DNA from: Candidatus Magasanikiibacteriota bacterium
GTDB lineage: Bacteria; Patescibacteriota; Patescibacteriia; Magasanikbacterales; GWA2-37-8
NCBI GenBank assembly: GCA_041665405.1
Contig: JBAYIZ010000002.1
Span: forward strand, 7,300-71,299
Length of the DNA stretch: 64,000 nucleotides
Direction of reading: 5' to 3'
Position 1 is the stretch's first letter, and every line of letters starts with the position of its first letter. Positions 18,277 through 29,200 of this stretch are shown piece by piece. Position numbers and translations under genes: made by a program. The notes beneath the pieces are model-generated. The model saw only the letters and a list, made by a program, of their open reading frames with translations. It was not told the DNA's origin and searched no databases.

Positions 18277-19323
18277 ATGCAATCTAAACTTGAACAATTA
18301 AAATCCGAAGCGCTGTTGGCTTTGAAGTCAGTCAAAGACAAAATGCAGTTGGAAGAATTGGAAAATAAATTGTTGGGACGCAAAAATGGCGAGCTCACCA
18401 ATATTATGAAGGGGCTCAAAGATTTGGCCGATGATGCTCGCAAAGTAGCTGGCCAAATTGCCAATGAGGTAAAGATAGAAATCGAGAGTGCTTTGCAATC
18501 CAAAAAACAAGAATTGTCTCAAGCGGATTGGTCTTCTGTTTTGGAAAAAGAACGGATAGATATTTCTCAACCAGCTCTGCCAAAAACAGAGCGTGGACAT
18601 TTTCATCCCAATACTATTATCCAAACTGATTTGGAAGATTTGTTTACCTCTATGGGTTTTATGGTTTTGGATGGACCGGAATTAGAAAGTGATTATTACA
18701 ATTTTACTGCCGTAAATATACCAACCACTCATCCGGCGCGCGATATGCAGGATACTTTTTATATCAAAAACCATGATGTGGGGACAGATAGTCCATGGGT
18801 GATGCGTACGCAGACATCTTCGGTGCAGGTGCGAGCGATGCAAAAATATGGCGCCCCACTACGCGCGATTGTGCCAGGCAAATGTTATCGCAACGAAGGT
18901 ACAGATGTCCGCCACGAACATACTTTTTACCAGTTGGAAGGTTTTGTTATTGATGAAAATATTACTTTTGCCCACATGAAAGGGGTAATGGAATCGGTGG
19001 TGGAGCATCTTTTTGGAGAAGAAACAAAATTAAAACTGAGACCAAAATTTTATCCTTTTGTGGAGCCGGGAGTAAATGGTGAAGTGACTTGTTTCCTATG
19101 CAAAGGAAAAGGATGTCGTGTCTGTAAAAATACTGGATGGTTAGAAATTATTGGCGCGGGTATGATTCATCCAAATGTTTTGCGTGAAGGCAAAATTGAT
19201 CCAAATAAATATCAGGGGTTTGCTTTTGGATTTGGTTTGACTCGTCTAGTTATGTTGAAATATGGTATCGAAGATATTCGTCATCTGGAAAGCGGAGATT
19301 TAAAATTTTTAAAACAGTTTTAA
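18277..19323 (+). CDS. pheS: Phenylalanine--tRNA ligase alpha subunit
   Basis: HPARDMQDTF, RTQTS, FYPFVEP, GFAFGFG. Confidence 0.97.
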   Translation: MQSKLEQLKSEALLALKSVKDKMQLEELENKLLGRKNGELTNIMKGLKDLADDARKVAGQIANEVKIEIESALQSKKQELSQADWSSVLEKERIDISQPALPKTERGHFHPNTIIQTDLEDLFTSMGFMVLDGPELESDYYNFTAVNIPTTHPARDMQDTFYIKNHDVGTDSPWVMRTQTSSVQVRAMQKYGAPLRAIVPGKCYRNEGTDVRHEHTFYQLEGFVIDENITFAHMKGVMESVVEHLFGEETKLKLRPKFYPFVEPGVNGEVTCFLCKGKGCRVCKNTGWLEIIGAGMIHPNVLREGKIDPNKYQGFAFGFGLTRLVMLKYGIEDIRHLESGDLKFLKQF

Positions 19324-19324
19324 T

Positions 19325-21766
19325 ATGTTGATTTCTTATAATTGGTTAAAAAATTATGTAAATCTGCCTGCTTCTATTTCTGCTCGCGAAGTAGCGGATA
19401 AATTGATGGCTAGTACTGTAGAGGTAGAGGGGTTGCAAGATCAGGGCGAACTTTTGCAAAATATTGTGGTTGGCAAAGTCGTAAGTGCAGAAAAACATCC
19501 CAATGCCGACAAATTGAAACTATGTAAAGTAGATATTGGTAATGAAGAACTGCAAATAGTTTGTGGTGGTAGTAATGTGGGCGAAGGCATGCTCGTGGCT
19601 GTCGGAAAAATTGGCGCCAAAGTGCAGTGGCACGGCGAAGGGGAGTTGGTAGAATTGAAACCAACTAAAATTCGCGGTGAAGAATCTTTTGGTATGATTT
19701 GCGCATCTACCGAGATTGGTTTGGGAGAATTATTTCCAATAAAAGATGAAAAAGAAATTTTGGATTTGACTGACAAAAATTTTCAAGTAGGCATGCCGTT
19801 GGCACAGGCGCTAGGTCTTAATGATGTGGTGATTGAAATAGATAATAAATCACTGTCTCATCGTGGCGATTTGTGGGGTCATTATGGTATGGCGCGCGAG
19901 GTGGCGGTTTTGTACAATCGCGATTTGAATAAATATGAGACCAAAAAAATAAATGCCGGTAAAGATTTTAAATTAAAGGTGGAAGTAAAAGACGCCAAAT
20001 TGTGTCCACGCTATATGGCGGTGGCAGTGGGTGGTATCAAAGTAGGTCCATCACCGATTTGGTTGCAAGAAAAATTGATGGCTCTTGGCCATCATCCGAT
20101 AAATAATATTGTGGATATTACCAACTATGTGATGTTAGATTTGGGGCAGCCACTACACGCTTTTGATGCTATTAAAGTGGAAGAAAAAATAATTGTTCGC
20201 AATGCATTAAAAGGAGAAACATTGGTCGCTTTGGATAAAAATGAATACAAGCTAAATGAAAGCGACCTGGTAATTGCCGATAACAAAAAAGCTTTGGCGA
20301 TAGCTGGTGTGATGGGAGGAATGGAAAGTGCTATTTCAGATAGTACTACCACTATTATTTTTGAGTCAGCAAATTTTGATGCGGTGAGTGTCCGCAAAAC
20401 CTCCACTCATTTGAATTTGCGCTCCGATTCATCTATGCGTTTTGAAAAAAGTTTGGATCCAAATACTTGTGAGGTTGCTTTGCAAAAAGCAGTAGAATTG
20501 GTATTGCAATGTTGTCCAGACGCCAAAGTGGTGAGCAAAGTTATGGATGAGAAAAAGTTTTCTTTGGCTGTTGGTCCGATAGAAATGCCAGCGAATATTT
20601 TTGAGAAAAAATTGGGAGTGCAAATTCCCCAAAAAGATATTTTAAATATTTTGAACAAACTCGGTTTTGAAGTAAAAGCCAAAAAAGAAAAACTGTTGGT
20701 CACCATCCCAACTTGGCGTGCTACCAAAGATATTTCTATTGCTGAGGATGTAGTGGAAGAAGTGGCTCGTTTCTTTGGCTTTGATAATATTCCATCTGTG
20801 CTACCTTGGATGCCAATTAATCCACCACAAAAAAATGCTTTGCGTAATTTGGAAAGAATAGTATCTGAAACATTTGTAAAAGAATTGGGTTATAACGAAG
20901 TATATAATTATAGTTTTGTTAGTGAAGATCAAATTGTCAAAATGCAAGATGATTTGAGTAAATATATTGAGTTAGAAAATCCACTTTCCAAAGAGCGTCC
21001 ATATTTGCGTCGCAATCTGTTGCCGAATTTGTTGGAAAATGTAAAAAATAATATTGAAAATTATCCGGAAGTAAAAATTTTTGAGATTGGCAAAGTATTT
21101 TCAATACATGAAAATGGTGTACGAGCGGACCTCAATGGTGACGGACTATTGCCCCGTCAAGATACTTGGTTGGCGACTGCCTTTGTATGCAAAAAAGATA
21201 ATGCGCCATATTGGCAGGTACGACGCGCGTTGGAAACAGTTTTTGGTGTGTTAAATGAACAATTTGAAATTGTGGTGGCGGATGTTGTGAAATCATGGGA
21301 ACACCCGACTCGTTTGGCTCTGGTTTCTGTATTTGGAAAAACAGTAGGAGTTATTTGCGAAATTAATCCTACTGTATCTGAAAGTTTGGGGGTTGAACAA
21401 CGTGTAGGCGTATTGCAATTAAATTTGTCTGAGCTGTCCGCGTTGTTGGAAAATAAAAATTTTGTTTCTAATTATCAACCAGCTTCAATTTATCCAGAAG
21501 TTGTCCGTGATTTGGCCTTTTTGGTAAAAAAAGAAGTTGAGCATAAAGAAATTTTGGTTTCGTTATTAAAAAGCGCGACGTTATTGGTTAAAGCCGAATT
21601 GTTTGATATATACGAAGGTAATAATATCGGTGAGGGATACAAGAGTATGGCTTATCGACTGACTTATGCCGACCCAAAACGCACTTTGACCACTGCGGAG
21701 GTAGATTCATCATTAGAAAAAGCGCAAAAAGAATTGAAAAAAGAGTTTGGTGCGGAAATTAGATAA
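19325..21766 (+). CDS. pheT: Phenylalanine--tRNA ligase beta subunit
   Basis: HPNADKL, INNIVDITNYV, GQPLHAFD, EEVAR, C-terminal ferredoxin-fold anticodon-binding domain. Confidence 0.97.
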   Translation: MLISYNWLKNYVNLPASISAREVADKLMASTVEVEGLQDQGELLQNIVVGKVVSAEKHPNADKLKLCKVDIGNEELQIVCGGSNVGEGMLVAVGKIGAKVQWHGEGELVELKPTKIRGEESFGMICASTEIGLGELFPIKDEKEILDLTDKNFQVGMPLAQALGLNDVVIEIDNKSLSHRGDLWGHYGMAREVAVLYNRDLNKYETKKINAGKDFKLKVEVKDAKLCPRYMAVAVGGIKVGPSPIWLQEKLMALGHHPINNIVDITNYVMLDLGQPLHAFDAIKVEEKIIVRNALKGETLVALDKNEYKLNESDLVIADNKKALAIAGVMGGMESAISDSTTTIIFESANFDAVSVRKTSTHLNLRSDSSMRFEKSLDPNTCEVALQKAVELVLQCCPDAKVVSKVMDEKKFSLAVGPIEMPANIFEKKLGVQIPQKDILNILNKLGFEVKAKKEKLLVTIPTWRATKDISIAEDVVEEVARFFGFDNIPSVLPWMPINPPQKNALRNLERIVSETFVKELGYNEVYNYSFVSEDQIVKMQDDLSKYIELENPLSKERPYLRRNLLPNLLENVKNNIENYPEVKIFEIGKVFSIHENGVRADLNGDGLLPRQDTWLATAFVCKKDNAPYWQVRRALETVFGVLNEQFEIVVADVVKSWEHPTRLALVSVFGKTVGVICEINPTVSESLGVEQRVGVLQLNLSELSALLENKNFVSNYQPASIYPEVVRDLAFLVKKEVEHKEILVSLLKSATLLVKAELFDIYEGNNIGEGYKSMAYRLTYADPKRTLTTAEVDSSLEKAQKELKKEFGAEIR

Positions 21767-21839
21767 TTGTTTTGGTAGTTTTTTGTTTGTTTTCCTTTTT
21801 TGTGTTATACTATATGTATAATTTTTAAAAGAGGGTAAT

Positions 21840-22226
21840 ATGTTTGAAAATTCAAAAGATATTTTATATTTAGTAATTTCATTTTGTGTTTTGTGGGTGA
21901 CTTTTTTCTTATGTTGGATGTTTTATTATCTGATGAGATTATTGCGCAACGCCAATCAGATAGTAGAAGAATTTAGAGTGCGATTACAGGCGCTGACCGA
22001 GGCCATAAATTATGTGCGTGGAAAAGTGGAGCATATGTCTGGGCTTTTGACATTGATTACCGAGGGAGCTTCTGGTTTGGTAAAAAAAGTGATTTCCAAA
22101 AAGACAGACGAATGGATGAATGCTGGATCAGACAAATTTAATAATAGTGCGAAGGAAGCGGTAGCTAGGGCGGTCGCTGAAACAGCACAGCAGATGAAGA
22201 AGGCGACTAAAGCAATTAAAAAATAA
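21840..22226 (+). CDS. Hypothetical single-TM coiled-coil protein
   Basis: N-terminal TM followed by heptad-like helix. Confidence 0.65.
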   Translation: MFENSKDILYLVISFCVLWVTFFLCWMFYYLMRLLRNANQIVEEFRVRLQALTEAINYVRGKVEHMSGLLTLITEGASGLVKKVISKKTDEWMNAGSDKFNNSAKEAVARAVAETAQQMKKATKAIKK

Positions 22227-22242
22227 TATAATAAAATAGGAT

Positions 22243-22356
22243 AAAAAATACAGCGACAATAATGACTTTTGAGCTTTCCTCACCTCGCGAGAGGTTCAGG
22301 GAATCGCCTGCGGGCTCATAACCCGCTCAAAAGTAATTATTGTCGCTGTATTTTTT
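22243..22356 (-). ncRNA. Structured repeat motif, copy 2
   Basis: 32-nt arms 22243-22274 and 22325-22356, with compensatory changes relative to copy 1. Confidence 0.6.
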
Positions 22357-22360
22357 GATT

Positions 22361-23053
22361 TTATTTTTTTATGTTGTTTTCATGTTCCCAGCGTGTACCG
22401 ATAAATATGGTCAGTGCGAACAACAATGCAAAATGACAGAGTATGGAAGGGAATTGATAATTTAATGCTGGGAAAAGTATCATTAAAATATAGGTAGGGA
22501 AAGCCATCAGGAAAACTCCCAACGGAAACATCAAGTATATTTTTTGTTTTTTCTGGTTAGCTTCTTTGAGATATGCTCGGATGCCGATTAGACAGGCAAT
22601 TAATATAAATGCAAAATAATAAGCAGTGTAGATTCCAAATCGGATTGAGGAAAGAGGTGAACTAACATCAGAAAAAATATTGTGTGCAGTTATAAAGATA
22701 TTGTGGCATTGTCCATTGACTAAAAAGATAGGTGCAGTTGTGGCCATGATGATGTATATGACGGGTATAATATAAAGCCAAATTAAATTTAGTTTTATCT
22801 TGAAATATTTTATTATACTATGTAACCCAATAGCTGGTAGTAGAGTGTAGGAGCAAAAACCGATTCGCATCCACAGGTCAGGATTGGTGGATTTGCAGAA
22901 CATAAATTCGGTGAGTTGATATAATCCTAAAAGAAATAGTACTGCACTAGAATAATAACGAATTCGTGTTTTTGAATATTTTATTGGTAGTATGATTGCT
23001 AGTGTCCATTCTATAATTGCGGTGGTCAAGGAGATGGTCGGATTATAACACAT
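22361..23053 (-). CDS. Multi-pass (about 7 TM) membrane protein
   Basis: Hydrophobic helices; MCY N-terminus, YQLTEF and SILCHF motifs. Confidence 0.7.
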   Translation of the reverse strand: MCYNPTISLTTAIIEWTLAIILPIKYSKTRIRYYSSAVLFLLGLYQLTEFMFCKSTNPDLWMRIGFCSYTLLPAIGLHSIIKYFKIKLNLIWLYIIPVIYIIMATTAPIFLVNGQCHNIFITAHNIFSDVSSPLSSIRFGIYTAYYFAFILIACLIGIRAYLKEANQKKQKIYLMFPLGVFLMAFPTYILMILFPALNYQFPSILCHFALLFALTIFIGTRWEHENNIKK

Positions 23054-23174
23054 AATTTTGAATAGTTATTAAAGTAGCTTTATTATACACTAAAAACAGA
23101 CACGGTGTATCCACTTTGACTGGGGATATGATTTGGAGTATGATTTATTAGTATATTTTTAATTATTTACATAT

Positions 23175-24401
23175 ATGCAAAATCCGTTTGAAAATGCGAT
23201 GGCTCAATTGGAAAAAGCAGCCAAAACAATGGGGCTGGATAAAAGTATCCATGAAATTTTGAAACAGCCAGATAGAGTTTTGACAGTATCAGTACCAGTA
23301 AGGATGGATAGTGGCGAAGTAAAGGTGTTCACCGGTTATAGAAGTCAATTTAATAATGCCCTTGGCCCATATAAAGGTGGTATTCGTTATCATCAAAATG
23401 TGACTCTAGATGAAGTAAAGGCATTGTCTTTTTGGATGATGGTCAAATGTGCGACGGTAAATATTCCAATGGGTGGAGGTAAAGGTGGAATTATCGTAGA
23501 TTCAAAATCTTTGTCTGAGGGGGAAACTGAAAGATTATCACGCGAATATATCCGAAAAATTTGGCGTGAAATTGGTTCGGACAAAGATGTGCCAGCGCCA
23601 GATATGTATACTACTCCAAAGATTATGGGGTGGATGCGTGATGAGTTTGAAAAACTTTTGGGTCATGCTGATCCGGGAGTGATTACCGGTAAGGCAATTG
23701 CCGATGGTGGTAGTGCCGGACGCGAAACCGCAACGGCTCAAGGTGGAGTATATGTGGTACGCGAATTGGCCAAAAAATTGAACCTGAACCCAAAAGAAAC
23801 AAAAGTAATAATCCAAGGCATGGGGAATGTGGGTGGTTTTATGGCCAAAATTTTGAGTGCTGACGGGTATATCATTGTGGCTATTAGTGACTCAAAAGGT
23901 GGTATATATAATGAAGCTGGGTTGGATGTATCAGCGGTGTTTGCCCACAAAGAACAAACTGGATCGTTGGCAAATTTTGCTGGTGCTAAAATAGTAACCA
24001 ATGCAGAATTGTTGGAATTGCCAGGAAATATTTTGGTACCATCGGCAATGGAAAATCAGATTACTGCCGAAAATGTAAATAATATAAAAGTCCAAGCGAT
24101 TGTAGAGATGGCCAACGGTCCTACCACTCCAGAAGCAGATGAAATTTTGGTTCAACGTGGTATTGTGGTGGTGCCAGATGTATTGGCCAACGCTGGGGGT
24201 GTGACAGTAAGTTGTTTTGAATGGGAACAAAATAATAAAAATGAAAAGTGGACAGAAGAACAAGTGTTTGCGAAGTTGGAACCAATGATGATCACTGCGT
24301 TCAATGAAGTGTGGGAAACAAAAGAAAAATATTCTACTACTATGCGCGTCGGGGCTTTTGTGAAAGCGATTGAGCGAGTGGCGAGTAAAATGAAGGTATA
24401 A
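23175..24401 (+). CDS. gdhA: Glu/Leu/Phe/Val dehydrogenase (glutamate dehydrogenase)
   Basis: GPYKGGIRY, GGGKGG, DVPAPD, QGMGNVG, ANGPTT, NAGGV. Confidence 0.92.
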   Translation: MQNPFENAMAQLEKAAKTMGLDKSIHEILKQPDRVLTVSVPVRMDSGEVKVFTGYRSQFNNALGPYKGGIRYHQNVTLDEVKALSFWMMVKCATVNIPMGGGKGGIIVDSKSLSEGETERLSREYIRKIWREIGSDKDVPAPDMYTTPKIMGWMRDEFEKLLGHADPGVITGKAIADGGSAGRETATAQGGVYVVRELAKKLNLNPKETKVIIQGMGNVGGFMAKILSADGYIIVAISDSKGGIYNEAGLDVSAVFAHKEQTGSLANFAGAKIVTNAELLELPGNILVPSAMENQITAENVNNIKVQAIVEMANGPTTPEADEILVQRGIVVVPDVLANAGGVTVSCFEWEQNNKNEKWTEEQVFAKLEPMMITAFNEVWETKEKYSTTMRVGAFVKAIERVASKMKV

Positions 24402-24402
24402 T

Positions 24403-25272
24403 ATGCCAGAATTGCCGGAAGTGGAAACTATCCGCCGTGATTTGGAAAAAAAGATTGCTGGCAAAAAGATAAAGGTGATTGAAATTTTGGCATCAAAAAG
24501 TGTACACAATAAAAGCGCGGATTTTCTGTGCTTTTTGGTTGGTAATAATTTCAGTCATATTGAAAGACGGGGGAAATTATTAATGTTTGCTTTGAAAAAA
24601 ACAGATAAGTTTGCATATTTATTGGTCCATTTGAAAATGACTGGTCAATTAATTTTTAAACAAAAAAATAAACTGTTGGTCGGTGGTCATAATGTTTCAG
24701 TGAAAGATTTGGATTTGCCAAATAAATTTACCCGCGTAATTTTTTATTTTGCAGACGGTAGCCAGTTGTTTTTCAACGATATGCGTCGGTTTGGTTATCT
24801 GAAATTGGTTAGTAAAGAAGAAAAAGAAAAGATAGTGAAAAATAATTTTGGCATTGAACCTTTAACAACAGATTATACTCTGGAAGCTTTTACTGCTTTG
24901 TTTAAAAAGAGAAAAACAAATATAAAAGCCTTGCTTTTGAATCAAAAATTAATTTCTGGGATTGGAAATATTTATGCGGACGAGGTGTGTTTTTGCGCTC
25001 GCGTCTTACCATTTCGTTCTGTCCAAAGCTTAACCAAATTAGAAATAAAAAAATTATTTAGTTGTGTCGAACATGTATTAAAGATTGCTATTAATAATCG
25101 CGGTACTACTTTTAGTGATTATGTAGATAGTGAGGGAAATATTGGCAAGCATGTGGATTTTTTAAATGTGTATGGACGTAACAGAGAAAAATGTAAGCGT
25201 TGTAAACATATTATCCTAAAGAAAAAACACGCAGGACGAGGCACGCACTATTGTTCTAGCTGTCAGAAATAA
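24403..25272 (+). CDS. mutM: Formamidopyrimidine-DNA glycosylase
   Basis: MPELPEVE, HLKMTG, GIGNIYADE, C-terminal zinc finger. Confidence 0.96.
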   Translation: MPELPEVETIRRDLEKKIAGKKIKVIEILASKSVHNKSADFLCFLVGNNFSHIERRGKLLMFALKKTDKFAYLLVHLKMTGQLIFKQKNKLLVGGHNVSVKDLDLPNKFTRVIFYFADGSQLFFNDMRRFGYLKLVSKEEKEKIVKNNFGIEPLTTDYTLEAFTALFKKRKTNIKALLLNQKLISGIGNIYADEVCFCARVLPFRSVQSLTKLEIKKLFSCVEHVLKIAINNRGTTFSDYVDSEGNIGKHVDFLNVYGRNREKCKRCKHIILKKKHAGRGTHYCSSCQK

Positions 25273-25275
25273 TTT

Positions 25276-26178
25276 ATGAATTTTCCCGGATGTACTATTA
25301 CTCTATGTACTTATAATCGACTTGAATCTTTAAAGAGAAGTTTGGCTTCTTTGTTGGCTCTAGATTATCCTGAATTTGAAATTATAATCATCAATGATGC
25401 ATCTGTAGACGGCACTAGTAAATATCTGACTACTCTAAGAGATCCAAAAATAAAAGTAGTAGAACATCAAAAAAATCTTGGTCTCAGTGAGGCGAGAAAC
25501 AGCGGTATCAAAGCCGCTCGTTATAATTTTGTTGCTTCGGTTGATGATGACTGCGTAGTAGACAAAAATTGGTTAAAAAATTTAATGGTTGGTTTTACTT
25601 CAGAAAATATTGCTTTTGTATTTGGTCAAGTAAATTTCGTAGCGGAAAATTATCATGGATATTTTCCAGACAGATTGGTGCGCAATATTGGTGCTTTTTG
25701 GCCAATGGGTGGAAATATTGTTTATCGCAAGAAAGTATTTGATAAGATTGGATATCTGAATTCAGATTTTTTTTATTTTAATAATGAAGATAGTGAAATA
25801 GCGATTCGAGCGGTAGCCAATGGTTTTGAATATGCACGTGCTCCACAGGCGATAGTGACCCATGAGCCAGCGATTTGGAATGTAAAATCACTTTGGAGGT
25901 CAGCTCGCAATGGAGCGGTGTGGCCGAAATTAAAAAAACTTTACCCAAAAGATTATTTACATTTTCACCCCAAAGTACTATGGGGGATGGTTGTGTTGCC
26001 TTTGGATTATTTATTTTTATTGTCCTTACCAATTTGCGTCCCGATATTGTTAGTTCGCTATTTATGGCACGGCAAAAGAGGTTTAAAGATATTTTTTGCT
26101 AAGTGGCCTATACTGTTGTTTTTACGTCGTTATTATATTTGGAAGGAAGCCATTAAGAATAGGGTTTGGATGTTTTAG
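25276..26178 (+). CDS. Glycosyltransferase family 2
   Basis: TYNR, INDAS.D, GLSEARN.G, DDDC. Confidence 0.9.
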   Translation: MNFPGCTITLCTYNRLESLKRSLASLLALDYPEFEIIIINDASVDGTSKYLTTLRDPKIKVVEHQKNLGLSEARNSGIKAARYNFVASVDDDCVVDKNWLKNLMVGFTSENIAFVFGQVNFVAENYHGYFPDRLVRNIGAFWPMGGNIVYRKKVFDKIGYLNSDFFYFNNEDSEIAIRAVANGFEYARAPQAIVTHEPAIWNVKSLWRSARNGAVWPKLKKLYPKDYLHFHPKVLWGMVVLPLDYLFLLSLPICVPILLVRYLWHGKRGLKIFFAKWPILLFLRRYYIWKEAIKNRVWMF

Positions 26179-26246
26179 TAATTTATTTGTCTATCCTTGC
26201 AATTTTTGATCAATTTAGTTAAAATATAGCGGTAATTACTATAAAT

Positions 26247-29200
26247 ATGTCTAAGTATAACCATAAAGAAGTAGAGAAGAAATGGAAGAAAAATTGGGAG
26301 AAAAGCGAGATATACAAAACAAAGGAACCATCCTTCGCCAAGGCTACGGCGGGCAAGGCGAAATACTATGTTTTGGATATGTTTCCATATCCGTCTGGGG
26401 CAGGTTTGCATGTTGGTCATCCAAAAGGATATATTGCGACCGATATCGTGGCTCGTATGAAAATGATGCAGGGATTCAACGTTCTTCACCCTATGGGTTG
26501 GGATGCTTTTGGTTTGCCAGCCGAAAATTATGCTTTGAAAAATAAAGTTCACCCTTCTGATGGAACAGCAAAAAATGTAGCTACTTTTAAAAAACAATTG
26601 GGCTTGCTTGGTTTTACTTATGATTGGGACAGGGAAGTGAATACCACTGATCCGAAATATTATAAATGGACACAGTGGATTTTTTTACAGATGTTTAAAA
26701 AAGGTTTGGCTTTTGAATCCTTCGCGCCAATCAATTGGTGTCCAGATTGCAAAACTGGTTTGGCCAATGAAGATTTAGAGGGTGGGTTGTGTGAACGCTG
26801 TGGTAGTGAGATCGAGCGCAAACCAATGCGCCAATGGGTATTACGTATTACCGATTATGCGGAAAAATTATTATCTGGGTTAGATACTTTGACCGCTTGG
26901 CCAGAACATATTAAAAAAATGCAAAGTGATTGGATTGGAAAGAGCGAGGGGGCGTTGGTAGATTTTAAAATAAAGGACAGTGACCAAACCCTAAAAGTAT
27001 TTACCACTCGTCCAGATACTTTATTTGGTGCGACTTATATGGTAGTTGCACCTGAGCATCCATTGATTTCCGAAAATTTAGACAAAATTTCCAATAAAAA
27101 AGCCGTTCAAGAATATATTGAAGTCGCCAAAAGTAAAAGTGATTTGGAACGTACCGAATTACAAAAAGAAAAAACCGGTGTGGAATTGAAAGGGCTGAAA
27201 GCAATTAATCCACTCACCAATGAAGAGCTGTCAATTTTTATGGCGGATTATGTTCTATTTGGTTATGGCACAGGCGCTATTATGTCTGTACCAGGACACG
27301 ATGAACGCGATTGGGAGTTTGCCAAAAAATATAAATTACCGATTGTGGATGTGGTCTTACCGGTAAACGAAAAAGGTGATGTTTTGTTTGATGCTAATAA
27401 TCTCAGTGACAAACCTTTTACCGAAGACGGTGTAGCGGTGAATTCTGATTTTATAAATAATTTACCCACTCCACAAGCCAAAGAAAAAATGCTTAGTTAT
27501 TTGGAAGAAAAGGGAATTGGACAGAGAAAAATACAATATAAATTGCGTGACTGGGTGTTTTCTAGGCAACGTTATTGGGGTGAGCCAATTCCATTGGTGC
27601 ATTGTGAACAATGTCAAAATAAAAAATATAATTATATAATTTTGCATGGATTCAGCGGTACGGCTGATAAGAATGGACCAAACCGAGGGGAAAGTAATAA
27701 TTGGAGGCCGTGGATAAAGTCAAAATTAGAAGATAAGGGAAATAAAGTATTTTGTCCCAATTTACCTAATACATTTGAACCAAATATCGAAGAACAGGTT
27801 CAGTATGTTATAGATAATGTGGGTTTCGAGATTAATGATGGCACTATTATCGTTGGACATAGTTTGGGTGCGGTCGTTATTTATAGATTATTAGAAAAAT
27901 TAAATAAAAAAGTTGGTAAAGTAGTTTTGGTTGACCCAGTAGTTACGGATAATTTTGTTGATCATGAAAGACCGAAAGTTACAAAAAGTTGTAATTGGAA
28001 ATTTAATTTTGAAAAAATTAAAAAATTGAGCAAAGAATTTATTGTGTTAGGTGATTCTGATTTTGGTGTAATTTTTGAAAAGGATATAAAGGATTTAGTT
28101 GAAAATTTAACTGCAAAATTAATTTTGTCTAAACCAAGCGCGGGTCATTTTACAGCCGAACAAGAGCCATCAGTGTGGGGTGTGTTAGATCAAAATGGTT
28201 GGGTGCCAGTGCCTGAAAAAGATTTACCACTTGAATTACCAAAAGTAAAAAATTATGAACCAAGCGGTACTGGTGAATCGCCATTGGCTACCATTTCAGA
28301 TTGGGTAAATACCAGCTGTCCGCAGTGTGGTGGTCCTGCTAAGCGTGAAACCAATACCATGCCACAATGGGCAGGGAGTTGTTGGTATTATTTGCGCTAT
28401 GAAGATCCGCACAATACCAAAGAATTGGTTAGTAAAGAAAAAGAAAAATATTGGTCACCGATTGATTTGTATGTGGGCGGGGCTGAACATGCTACTCGTC
28501 ATTTGATATACGCTCGTTTTTGGCATAAGTTTTTATTTGATATTGGCATGGTCAATTATGATGAACCATTTACTCGTTTGCAAAATGTCGGTTTGATTTT
28601 GGCCGAAGATGGTCGCAAGATGAGTAAACGTTGGAACAATGTTATTAATCCAGATGATGTGGTAGAGGAGTACGGTGCCGATGCGATGCGTTTGTATGAA
28701 ATGTTTATGGGGCCATTTGATCAACCGTGTGCTTGGAGCACCAAAGGGGTAGTGGGTGTACGCAGATTTTTGGAGAGAGCGTGGACATTGGCAGAGAAAG
28801 TGAAATCTGATATTGTCATTCCCGTGAAAACGGGAATCCACGGTGTTGGATCCCCAATCAAGTCGGGGATGACAACTGTGTTACATCAGACGATCAAAAA
28901 AGTTTCTGAGGATATTTTGGCGTTGCATTTCAACACCGCTATTTCATCAATGATGGAATTGGTCAATGAAATGAATAAAGTGCCGAATGTATCCAAAGAA
29001 GATTTTGTTTTGTTGTTACAATTATTATCTCCATTTGCGCCTCATATTACCGAAGAATTATGGTCTCAAGTTGGTAATAAAGGCAGTATTTTTGAATCTG
29101 TTTGGCCACAACATAATGCCGAGCTGGCCAAAGACACTGAAATTACTTTAGCTATTCAAATAAATGGTAAATTGAGAGATACTATTTTGGTCTCAGCAGA

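Noticed and set aside
22310-22326. gcggg-ctcataa-cccgc resembling an initiator tRNA anticodon arm
   Set aside because: No acceptor, D or T arm. The pairing is not kept in the other two copies of the motif, and it lies on the strand less supported by G-U/GA pairs.
27615-28196. LeuRS insert as an intein
   Set aside because: No C-terminal His-Asn followed by Cys/Ser/Thr and no LAGLIDADG motifs; it shows serine-hydrolase motifs instead.
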